Below the pieces are notes generated by a model that saw only the letters and a program-made list of their open reading frames with translations, made no database searches and was not told the DNA's origin. Source: Saprospiraceae bacterium (GTDB lineage Bacteria; Bacteroidota; Bacteroidia; Chitinophagales; Saprospiraceae). From it: a stretch of DNA of 63,051 nucleotides. The DNA lies in the NCBI GenBank assembly GCA_020629935.1, contig JAHDCJ010000012.1, forward strand, positions 1-63,051, written 5' to 3'. Below are positions 52,741 through 60,599 of the stretch, piece after piece (the first letter of the stretch is position 1; every line of letters begins with the position of its first letter). A program made the translations under genes and the position numbers.

Positions 52741-54459
52741 ATGAAAACAAATCAAACAAAAAACACGTTAAGCGTTTTGGGTATTTTTATGGCAGTTGCT
52801 TTCTGTAGTCTGCAAGTAAATGCGCAACGCTTTATTATTAATTCTCCTGCTTCTATCGCTGGAGAGTATGTTATTGAAGCTGCCAATTTTGGACAAGTTC
52901 CGATTACAGGAGAATACAATGGCGATTTTGTACTTGCCAATGATCCTGCAGGTGCAATTCCAACGGAAGCATGTGATGCATTAGACAATGGAGCAGCGAT
53001 TGCTGGAAACTTTGCCTTAATTGACAGAGGAGCATGTGAATTTGGTGATAAATGCTTAAATGCAGAAACCGCTGGAGCACAAGTAGCTATTGTATGTAAT
53101 AATGTAGATAATGATGGCACTGTTTTAATGGGCGGTGGAGTCAATGGAGGAAGTGTAACCATTCCTTGTATCTCTATGTCAAAAGAAGATTGCGCAATTA
53201 TTAAAGCAGAAATGGCTAATGGACCAGTGAGTGGAACCTTAGCCGATGCATTCAATTTTAATAATGATTTAGCTTTGGGAAGCACCTCAAATGCAACCTC
53301 TGCTTTTACTCCTTCTAGACATGCTCAGCCAATCCAAGGGTTCGCAGGTACTGTATCTAATGTAGGATTATTAGATCAAACTAATGTAAATTGTGAAGTG
53401 GAAATTACAAATTCACAAGGAGCTGTTGTTCATACAGATAATGCATTATTTGATATCTTACCTGCGGGTTATATAGATTCTACTTTTGAGATGAGTGCAA
53501 ATTATTCGTTTCCTCCATGTGTAGAAGATTATGAAGTAAAATTTTCCGTATCAGCCGATGCAGCCGATGAACTAGCCTTAGATAATGAAACTACTTTTAA
53601 TGTTGGGATTACGGATAACATGTTTGCTAAGCATTCTAATGTTACTGGTGCTGCAACACCAAATGGAGTGACTTCGTATGAGTTTGGAAATTTTTATGAA
53701 TTATTAGCACCAGATTCTGCGGTATCTTGTGTTTTTACTGTAGCAAAAAATGGTACTGATCCACCATTAGATGGCCAATTTCTTACCTTGTATTTATTTG
53801 AAGTAACAGGACCTTTAGATAATACCTTTTCAGATGCTTCTGTAAATCCTGTAGCTGTTGCATTTTATTCCTTTGATGCTACATCTGAAAATTTTGATGA
53901 TTTTGAAGCTGAATGGGTAGATTATACTACTTTTGCGCCTGGTCCGATTGCTCTAAATGCAGGTCTTTACTTATGTATGGTATCTGTGGTAGATGATGGG
54001 AACGGTACAATTTTTACTGGTTATGGTGATCAAACGTATTTTCCGGGTCAATTAGGATCAGTTATTCGAACTGGTGGTGCTCTTGGAGATGGAACGGACA
54101 CTTGGAACCTTGCAGGTTTTGCCGATGCAGTTGCTTATTGTAATCTTAAAGTAACGAATGGAACGGATCCAGCTTGTTTTACAGGAATAACAAACCCAGA
54201 ACCACTTAATGCGACTTTAGATTTATTCCCAAATCCAGCGGTTAAATATTTAAGTATGGGATTAGAATTGCCTACTGGGATAACAGAAGCTGAAGTAATT
54301 ATTACTAATTTACAAGGACAATTGATTACACGGCAACAAATTAATAATCCAAATATGACACAAGTGTATGATGTAGAAAAATTTGCTGCAGGGACTTATT
54401 TCTTTACCGTAGTTGCAGATGATAAAATTTTAACTAAAAAATTCACAGTAGTGAAGTAA
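52741..54459 (+). CDS. Secreted PA (protease-associated) domain protein with a T9SS type A C-terminal sorting domain
   Basis: Signal peptide. The PA-like segment is ALIDRGACEFGDKCLNAETAGAQVAIVCNN...IPCISMSKEDC. The C-terminus is LFPNPAVKYLSMGL...GTYFFTVV. Confidence 0.75.
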   Translation: MKTNQTKNTLSVLGIFMAVAFCSLQVNAQRFIINSPASIAGEYVIEAANFGQVPITGEYNGDFVLANDPAGAIPTEACDALDNGAAIAGNFALIDRGACEFGDKCLNAETAGAQVAIVCNNVDNDGTVLMGGGVNGGSVTIPCISMSKEDCAIIKAEMANGPVSGTLADAFNFNNDLALGSTSNATSAFTPSRHAQPIQGFAGTVSNVGLLDQTNVNCEVEITNSQGAVVHTDNALFDILPAGYIDSTFEMSANYSFPPCVEDYEVKFSVSADAADELALDNETTFNVGITDNMFAKHSNVTGAATPNGVTSYEFGNFYELLAPDSAVSCVFTVAKNGTDPPLDGQFLTLYLFEVTGPLDNTFSDASVNPVAVAFYSFDATSENFDDFEAEWVDYTTFAPGPIALNAGLYLCMVSVVDDGNGTIFTGYGDQTYFPGQLGSVIRTGGALGDGTDTWNLAGFADAVAYCNLKVTNGTDPACFTGITNPEPLNATLDLFPNPAVKYLSMGLELPTGITEAEVIITNLQGQLITRQQINNPNMTQVYDVEKFAAGTYFFTVVADDKILTKKFTVVK

Positions 54460-54483
54460 GTTATTTTTTTTAGAATAAATGAA

Positions 54484-54517
54484 AAGCTCTAGTGTTACGG
54501 CACTGGAGCTTTTTTTG
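54484..54517 (+). terminator. Rho-independent terminator after the PA-domain gene
   Basis: 11-bp stem aagctctagtg / cactggagctt (one G-U pair) with loop ttacgg, followed by T7. It overlaps the track's putative GTG start at 54492, which argues for the downstream ATG. Confidence 0.75.
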
Positions 54518-54587
54518 TAGAACAAAGTGCAGCTTTTGTCGTTTAAATCATACAAGTTGGAAAAAAAGAACGAATTTTAAATACAAT

Positions 54588-55307
54588 ATGAATACCACAT
54601 CGATTTTAAATAAAGAAACATCAAAAAATTATCTTTGGAATGGCATTAAATGGCCTTTAGCCTTTGTCATTGGTATTTGGGTAATCCATTTTTTACAAAT
54701 CTTTACTCCATTCGAATGGAGACATTTAGGGGTACGGCCGCAAACGGTAGATGGACTTTGGGGCATCTTACTTTCACCTCTTTTACATTCGGGTATTCCC
54801 CATCTGGTTTCCAATAGTTTTCCATTTCTTTTTCTAGGTACTTTGATCGCTTTATTTTATAAACAGATTGCGTTTAAATCTTTTATCTTGATTTATTTTT
54901 TTGCAGGTTTGGCTTTATGGACCTTTGGTCGTCCAGTAAATCATATTGGAGCGAGTGGAGTAGTTTATGGAATGGTGGCCTTTATTTTTTGGCTTGGAAT
55001 TTTTCGTCGAAATCCTAAAGCCATTTTACTCTCATTAATTGTGTTGTTTATGTATAGCGGTTTATTTATGGGGGTACTACCCAACCAAGAAGGTGTTTCT
55101 TGGGAAGGCCATTTATTAGGTGCTTTCGCAGGAGTGTTAGTCGCTTTTATTTTTCGAAAGGATATTGAGCCAGATGAAAAAGAAAAAAAGTATAGATGGG
55201 AATTAGAGGAAGAAGGAGAGAAAAAACATTTTCTACCTAGGGATGCTTTTGACCTAAAAAAGCATGAAAGAAATACATTAGAAGACTGGTTTCGGTCAGA
55301 AGAATAA
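54588..55307 (+). CDS. Rhomboid-family intramembrane serine protease
   Basis: Motifs HSGIPHLVSNSF, catalytic GASGVVYG, and HLLGAFAG. The start is moved to ATG 54588 (MNTTSILNK). Confidence 0.85.
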   Translation: MNTTSILNKETSKNYLWNGIKWPLAFVIGIWVIHFLQIFTPFEWRHLGVRPQTVDGLWGILLSPLLHSGIPHLVSNSFPFLFLGTLIALFYKQIAFKSFILIYFFAGLALWTFGRPVNHIGASGVVYGMVAFIFWLGIFRRNPKAILLSLIVLFMYSGLFMGVLPNQEGVSWEGHLLGAFAGVLVAFIFRKDIEPDEKEKKYRWELEEEGEKKHFLPRDAFDLKKHERNTLEDWFRSEE

Positions 55308-55349
55308 GGAATAGGATGACAGAAGATTAAATTTTAATTGTTAATAACC

Positions 55350-55515
55350 TGTGAATTGCTGTTGGTGAGTAAAGTGTTTTCCACAATGACAAGAAAAGGT
55401 GATTTTATTTCGAAAAAAAGGAAATAAATATTACTTTTTTTAACTATTTGATAAACAGAACACTTAACATATTTTCCACACAAATATAGGCTAAATGTGA
55501 ATCTAATGTGAACAA
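55350..55515. promoter_or_regulatory. Cluster of DnaA-box-like 9-mers (two exact TTTTCCACA plus three weaker inverted boxes)
   Basis: Forward TTTTCCACA at 55377-55385 and 55472-55480. On the reverse strand are CAATTCACA (55350-55358), AGATTCACA (55496-55504) and TTGTTCACA (55507-55515). A third exact TTTTCCACA lies at 56341-56349, and a reverse TTATCCGCA at 56963-56971. Confidence 0.3.
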
Positions 55516-56628
55516 CTTTATTTGCAAATCTAATCCAATAGAGCCTATATTTGGAAGGTACAAAACGTACAAAAGTTCATTAAAATTAATAGTTATAAAA
55601 TATTGAAATCATTTTTAAGAAGCTCAATTATGTTTGCATATTATGAGTTTCTATACTTCTAAAGTTTACTTTGGGAATGTAAAATAAAAATGATGAGAAA
55701 CAGTAAATTGAAATGTAGCTTGCTATATGAGTAATTGCTGTTTTTTCCAATGTTGCTTTTAGTTATGTACTGCTTTTGTAGTATTATTAACCATTTAGGT
55801 TGACGACCCAAAATGGCTGTATAGCATGAAGCCTAATCGAAAGTGCAGGTTTTAACTTTTTTGCAAAAGATAGTTAAATATACGCTATGCATAATTTTTG
55901 GCGGACTGAATGCAAAATATTGGTTCATCTCCTACGTTGAGGTAGTAAAATGTTCTTGAATGTTTTAATACGGATTGTAGGATAGTGTGTTTTTCACCAG
56001 AAGAAAATGTTTCGACATTTTTTGTTTGTTTCTTTCGAGAAATAAAAATCTTTAAAAGAAAGATACTTTTCAGCTTGCTGGAAAGTAACCAGATTTCAAA
56101 TGATTCTGGAGCTACGGAAAACATACTTAAATCCTTTCTTCTGCCTAAATCCTTAATTGAATTTAGTAAAGGAAAAAAGGTACTGTATTTTACTATATCG
56201 AAGTCTTGAAAAAGATGAAAAACTTTTTCTCTTTTTCCGTAAGGAAAAAAACAAGTCTAGAAGAATTTCTATTGTCAAGTTCGCTTGAATTGAATAGATA
56301 CATGCTATTCGAAAGATTGAAAATTAGAATTGAAAAGACTTTTTCCACAGTAAAAATCAGTAAAGTCCTTATAGATATACCTTAGTAATTTTTCTTAGAA
56401 AAATGAAGCAGGATAATCTTCCTAAGGCTTGACTATTCCATGAGGTTAGAAAACTAAGATACTTGTATCTTAGGGTAAAATTGTTCTAAGGAATAATAAC
56501 CAAACCTAATGACTAATTAAGAATTAAATTTACTTAGGTAAATGAGTCGGAATCTACTGCAGTGAAACCTTCGAAATCTAAATTAGAAAAAAGGAAGACA
56601 GACCCATTAAAAGAATAAGTCAAGAAGA

Positions 56629-56837
56629 CCTCCCGTTTTAAGCTCAGTTGGTCGAGGCTGAACCACTTAAAACAACGAGGCAGCGTTTGCATCTGTCAAC
56701 GTAGGCATTTCTGCTAACTAAGAATGCGTACAGAGATATCTTGCAATGTTACAAGCTTGTTGGATTCGAATTTGATTCGAACCAAAAAAGAAAAATGGGA
56801 TTCAAACCTTAGGGATTGGATCCCATTCTTTTTTTAT
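56629..56837 (+). ncRNA. Candidate small or non-coding RNA 3' portion (structured hairpin to intrinsic terminator); identity unknown
   Basis: This segment is locally GC-richer. A hairpin spans 56629-56680: cctc/gagg, then gttttaag/cttaaaac, with a 23-nt loop. A strong terminator follows at 56794-56837. I recognised no match to tmRNA, RNase P, SRP or tRNA signatures. Confidence 0.3.
56794..56837. terminator. Strong bidirectional intrinsic terminator inside the non-coding region
   Basis: 12-bp stem aatgggattcaa / ttggatcccatt (one G-U pair) with a 10-nt loop. A T-run follows on the plus strand, and an A-run precedes it, which reads as a T-run on the minus strand. Confidence 0.75.
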
Positions 56838-57110
56838 TTCCATATCAAATCCGTTCAATACTAATTTCTTTATAGTTCCTTTCTTCTTTACTGCCCTAGT
56901 AATAAATTCCCTTCCTTTCAACTACTTAAATCAAATCTCTATTATTTTTAAGATACATTTTCTGCGGATAAAATAAGAAAAATTGTCCCAAATTGGGATT
57001 TTGTGTCATTTTTGGGAAATATTTTGACGTAATTTGTTTTCTAATTAACTGATTATTAGTCTTTTGTATTTATGGCAAGTTTTTGTCAATACTAATTGAA
57101 AAATACAGTT

Positions 57111-58238
57111 ATGAAAAATAATCAAGTCAAACTAGGAATTATTGGAACAGTAGGAATCCCCGCTAAATATGGAGGTTTTGAAACCTTAGCGCAACAATTG
57201 GTTTTAAACCTAGCTAAGGACTTAGACATTACGGTATACAATTCTAAAAAAGAATACCCTGCAGAAGATAGGATAAATGAATGGAACGGAGCAAAAATTA
57301 AGTATATGCCTTTTTCCGCTAATGGAGTACAAAGCGTTATTTATGACATCATTTGTATGATTCATGCGCTGATTTTTTGTGATGTACTTTTAATCTTAGG
57401 GGTTTCAGGATGTTTATTTCTACCCATTGTCAAATTGTTTCCTTATAAAAAGGTAATCGTCAATATTGATGGATTAGAATGGAGAAGAAGTAAATGGAGT
57501 CCTTTAGCAAAACGATTTTTAAAATTAAGCGAACGATTTGCCGTTACGTTTGCAGATCAAATAGTCGGAGACAATCAAGCCATTAAAGATTATGTCAAAA
57601 CAGAATATGGTATTCAAGCTCAATTAATTGAATACGGTGGTGATCATGCTTCACCTCAAGCAATGAGTGAAGAATTACTTACCTCATTCCCTTTTCTATC
57701 TGAGGATTATGCCTTCAAGGTTTGCCGAATTGAACCAGAAAATAATGTACATCTTATTTTAGAAGCTTTTGCTAAACACGAAGAATTTCCCTTAGTGATT
57801 ATTGGCAACTGGAATAAAAGTACTTATGGCAAAGATTTAAGAGCCAAATACCAAAACTATAAAAATATTTTTATCCTTGATCCTATTTATGATAGTTGTC
57901 GGCTCAATGCGATTCGATCCAATGCTACAATTTATGTACATGGACATAGTGCAGGAGGAACCAATCCTTCTTTAGTAGAAGCCATGTATTTGGGTTTACC
58001 TATTATAGCTTTTGATGTGGTTTACAATCGAGTAACTACAGAAGATCAAGCGATCTTTTTTAAATATGAAGATCAATTAATTGATGTGTTAAATCTAATC
58101 CATTATGTGCCTTTAGGACAAATCGCATTTGAAATGGAGAAAATCGCAAATAAACGTTATCGTTGGGAAATCATTGCCAACAAATATTTTAATGCAGTAC
58201 TTGGAAAAGTATATGTACCTCAACCTGCTTTCGCCTAA
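57111..58238 (+). CDS. Glycosyltransferase family 4 with a DUF1972 N-terminal domain
   Basis: VKLGIIGTVGIPAKYGGFETLAQQLV is the DUF1972 signature. The C-terminal GT1/GT4 motif is HGHSAGGTNPSLVEAMYLGLPIIAFD. I prefer ATG 57111 over the track's TTG 57096. Confidence 0.85.
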   Translation: MKNNQVKLGIIGTVGIPAKYGGFETLAQQLVLNLAKDLDITVYNSKKEYPAEDRINEWNGAKIKYMPFSANGVQSVIYDIICMIHALIFCDVLLILGVSGCLFLPIVKLFPYKKVIVNIDGLEWRRSKWSPLAKRFLKLSERFAVTFADQIVGDNQAIKDYVKTEYGIQAQLIEYGGDHASPQAMSEELLTSFPFLSEDYAFKVCRIEPENNVHLILEAFAKHEEFPLVIIGNWNKSTYGKDLRAKYQNYKNIFILDPIYDSCRLNAIRSNATIYVHGHSAGGTNPSLVEAMYLGLPIIAFDVVYNRVTTEDQAIFFKYEDQLIDVLNLIHYVPLGQIAFEMEKIANKRYRWEIIANKYFNAVLGKVYVPQPAFA

Positions 58239-58269
58239 TTTTTTAGCACTTAAAACGAATATTTATACT

Positions 58270-60564
58270 ATGAAAAAGCTACTATTATTTGCTATCCTAT
58301 TTTTTAATGCTTCTTGGGCTATAAGTCAGCTAGTGATCACCGTAGCAGGTCAATTGGAAATAGCTGGAAGCCAAGATGGCGCAAATGAAGACGCAATCTT
58401 TGACAACCCCCACGGAATTGCAATTGATGGTCAAGGGAATGTTTATGTGGCCGATCGATTTAGTCATGTGATTCGAAAAATCACCCCAGATGATCAAGTC
58501 ATTACCATTGCAGGTACACCTTATGTATCTGGGGATCAAGATGGACAAGGTTTCGAAGCGACTTTCAATGAACCTTGGGGATTATGTGCAGATCAATCAG
58601 GAAATGTTTATGTCGCTGATACAAGAAATAATAAAATTAGAAAAATCAATTCTGAAGGTTTTGTTACTACCATTGCTGGATCAGGAAATTTTGGTACTTC
58701 TGATGGTTTTGCCACAGGCGCTACTTTTGGAAATCCAACAGGGATTGAAATTGATATGGATGGAAACTTATACGTAGCCGATCATCTAACACATATCATA
58801 CGAAAAATTACCCCTTCAGGAACGGTAAGTACTTTAGCGGGTACTCCATACATTGGTGGTGCTGTTGATGGCCCTCAAGGTATCGGATCTTTCCGCAGAC
58901 CTTATGGATTAACCTTAGACCTAGAAGGAAACATTATCGTAGCCGATGAATGGAATCATTTAATTCGAAAAGTTACGCCTACAGGTATGGTAACTACCAT
59001 TGCAGGAACTGGAGATGTTGGTGTTTCTGATGGACAAGGTACAACGGCTTCTTTTAATTATCCTTGGGATGTTACGGTTGATTCTTTAGGAAATATTTTT
59101 GTAGCTGATGGATATAATTTTATCGTTCGTAAAATTGATGAAACAGGTTATGTAAGTGCTTTTGCTGGAAGTCCTTTAACTACAGGTGGCGTAGATGGCG
59201 TAGGGGAGAATGCCCGTTTTAATGGGGCAACGTCTATTGCTATTTCTCCTTTTTCTGGAGAAATTTTTGTCGGTGACGCCTATAATCATTTAGTAAGAAA
59301 AATTATTGATCTTAACCAGGATATTCGATTGTCGAGCATTTCTAATTCTTGGACCTTATGTGAAAATGAAACACTTAATGTGGAAGCGGTGCCTTCAGTT
59401 TATGATGCCTATACCTTTTATTTAGACGGTGTAGAATTGCAATCTACTTCAAGCGCCATAATTGATCTGTCTGGAATGTTACCCGGAATGCATAGCCTTC
59501 GTGTAAGTTGTTTACGTGATGGTCAAGAATTTGAATCTGCAATGTATCCAATTGAAGTAGTAGCAATGCCTGATCCAGAAATTATTTTGATTGGTGATCC
59601 AATTATTTTTGAAGGAGATTCAGTCACCTTACTCACAGGGTCGTTTGAAAATTATCTTTGGTCCAATGGAGCAATTACACCTACCATCTCCGTTACAGAA
59701 ACGGGATCCTACTGGGTAGAAGTTACTGACCAAGAAGGGTGTATTGCACAATCTGAACCTATTGAAATTCAAGTGAATGAAATTTCTTTAATTCCTGCTA
59801 TTCATGTAAATGGAGAATTGCCAATATGTCCTTCGGCTTCTGTAGTACTCCAATCAAGTTATATGGAAGGGAATCAATGGCTGTTAAATGGTTGGCCAAT
59901 TACCGATGCAGTAGATCATGAATTGGTAGTGATGGAAGAAGGAACGTATCAAGTTCAAATTACAGATTCATTAGGTTATACTTATCTTTCTGCTCCTTTA
60001 GAAGTGAGTCAATCTGAAAATTTTATTACTGATTTTGTAGTCAATAAAACCATTGCTTTTACCTCAGAATCACTTGATTTTATAGCACAAGCTAATTTCG
60101 CCTCTAGCTTTGTTTGGGATTTTGGAGATCCAGATTCTGGAAGTTTAAATGAAGCATTTACTAAAGAAGCTCAACATACTTATGAGGTTCCTGGAGAATA
60201 CACGGTAAGCCTAACCGTGACGTTTGAAGATGGATGCGAAGAAACACTTGTTAAAACCGCATACGTCGAAATTGTAGATCAATCCTTATCTGATCGAGCG
60301 ATTTTTGTACCCAATGCTTTTACGCCCAATGGAGATGGGGTAAATGATTTATTCGAAATTTTTGGACCTGTAACTGCCCCGTTTCAAATGGCGGTATTTA
60401 ACCAATGGGGAGAAAAAATATTTTATTCTACAGATCCACAAAACGGATGGAATGGGACTTATAATGGATCATCTTCTCCAATCGGATCTTATGCCTATTG
60501 TATTGAATATACAAGTGCTTCTGGAAAGCAATCGAAAAAAGGCTTTGTTAATTTAATTAGGTAA
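58270..60564 (+). CDS. NHL-repeat beta-propeller protein with a PKD domain and a T9SS type B (gliding-motility-associated, CHU_C) C-terminal domain
   Basis: Signal peptide MKKLLLFAILFFNASWAISQ at ATG 58270. At least six repeats of the type G..F..P.GI..D..GN.YVAD..NH.IRKI. The PKD signature is WDFGDPDSG...YTVSLTVT. The C-terminus is FVPNAFTPNGDGVNDLFEI...GWNGTYNG...GSYAYCIEY. Confidence 0.85.
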   Translation: MKKLLLFAILFFNASWAISQLVITVAGQLEIAGSQDGANEDAIFDNPHGIAIDGQGNVYVADRFSHVIRKITPDDQVITIAGTPYVSGDQDGQGFEATFNEPWGLCADQSGNVYVADTRNNKIRKINSEGFVTTIAGSGNFGTSDGFATGATFGNPTGIEIDMDGNLYVADHLTHIIRKITPSGTVSTLAGTPYIGGAVDGPQGIGSFRRPYGLTLDLEGNIIVADEWNHLIRKVTPTGMVTTIAGTGDVGVSDGQGTTASFNYPWDVTVDSLGNIFVADGYNFIVRKIDETGYVSAFAGSPLTTGGVDGVGENARFNGATSIAISPFSGEIFVGDAYNHLVRKIIDLNQDIRLSSISNSWTLCENETLNVEAVPSVYDAYTFYLDGVELQSTSSAIIDLSGMLPGMHSLRVSCLRDGQEFESAMYPIEVVAMPDPEIILIGDPIIFEGDSVTLLTGSFENYLWSNGAITPTISVTETGSYWVEVTDQEGCIAQSEPIEIQVNEISLIPAIHVNGELPICPSASVVLQSSYMEGNQWLLNGWPITDAVDHELVVMEEGTYQVQITDSLGYTYLSAPLEVSQSENFITDFVVNKTIAFTSESLDFIAQANFASSFVWDFGDPDSGSLNEAFTKEAQHTYEVPGEYTVSLTVTFEDGCEETLVKTAYVEIVDQSLSDRAIFVPNAFTPNGDGVNDLFEIFGPVTAPFQMAVFNQWGEKIFYSTDPQNGWNGTYNGSSSPIGSYAYCIEYTSASGKQSKKGFVNLIR

Positions 60565-60599
60565 TCTCAATGGATTCGCTTTCTACAAAAAAAAAGAAA

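Noticed and set aside
52752-53285. 177-aa minus-strand ORF opposite the PA-domain/T9SS gene.
   Set aside because: It is an Ala/Ser/Pro-rich shadow of a Gly/Ala-rich coding region. The plus-strand gene has a signal peptide, a PA domain and a T9SS CTD.
55885-56209. Two ORFs (79 aa on the minus strand, 74 aa on the plus strand) inside the 1.8-kb non-coding region.
   Set aside because: They overlap each other on opposite strands and encode low-complexity K/F/S/L-rich peptides with no recognisable motif. One starts at a non-ATG codon. I treat them as chance ORFs, but blastp/blastx would settle this.
56642-56783. A possible tRNA gene, suggested by the D-arm-like GCTCAGTTGGTCGAGG and TTCGAA T-loop-like sequences.
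   Set aside because: No acceptor stem or anticodon arm can be drawn. The D-stem closing bases mismatch (gctc/gagg). The D-like and T-like elements are about 120 nt apart, too far for a tRNA. I kept it only as a tRNA-like feature of a candidate ncRNA.
58129-58269. Upstream extension of the NHL-repeat ORF that overlaps the glycosyltransferase gene by about 110 nt.
   Set aside because: The extension has no signal peptide. The internal ATG at 58270 gives a canonical signal peptide right after the GT stop, so the overlap is an artefact of longest-ORF calling. The same logic applies to 54492, 26666, 25216, 5235, 22926 and 57096.
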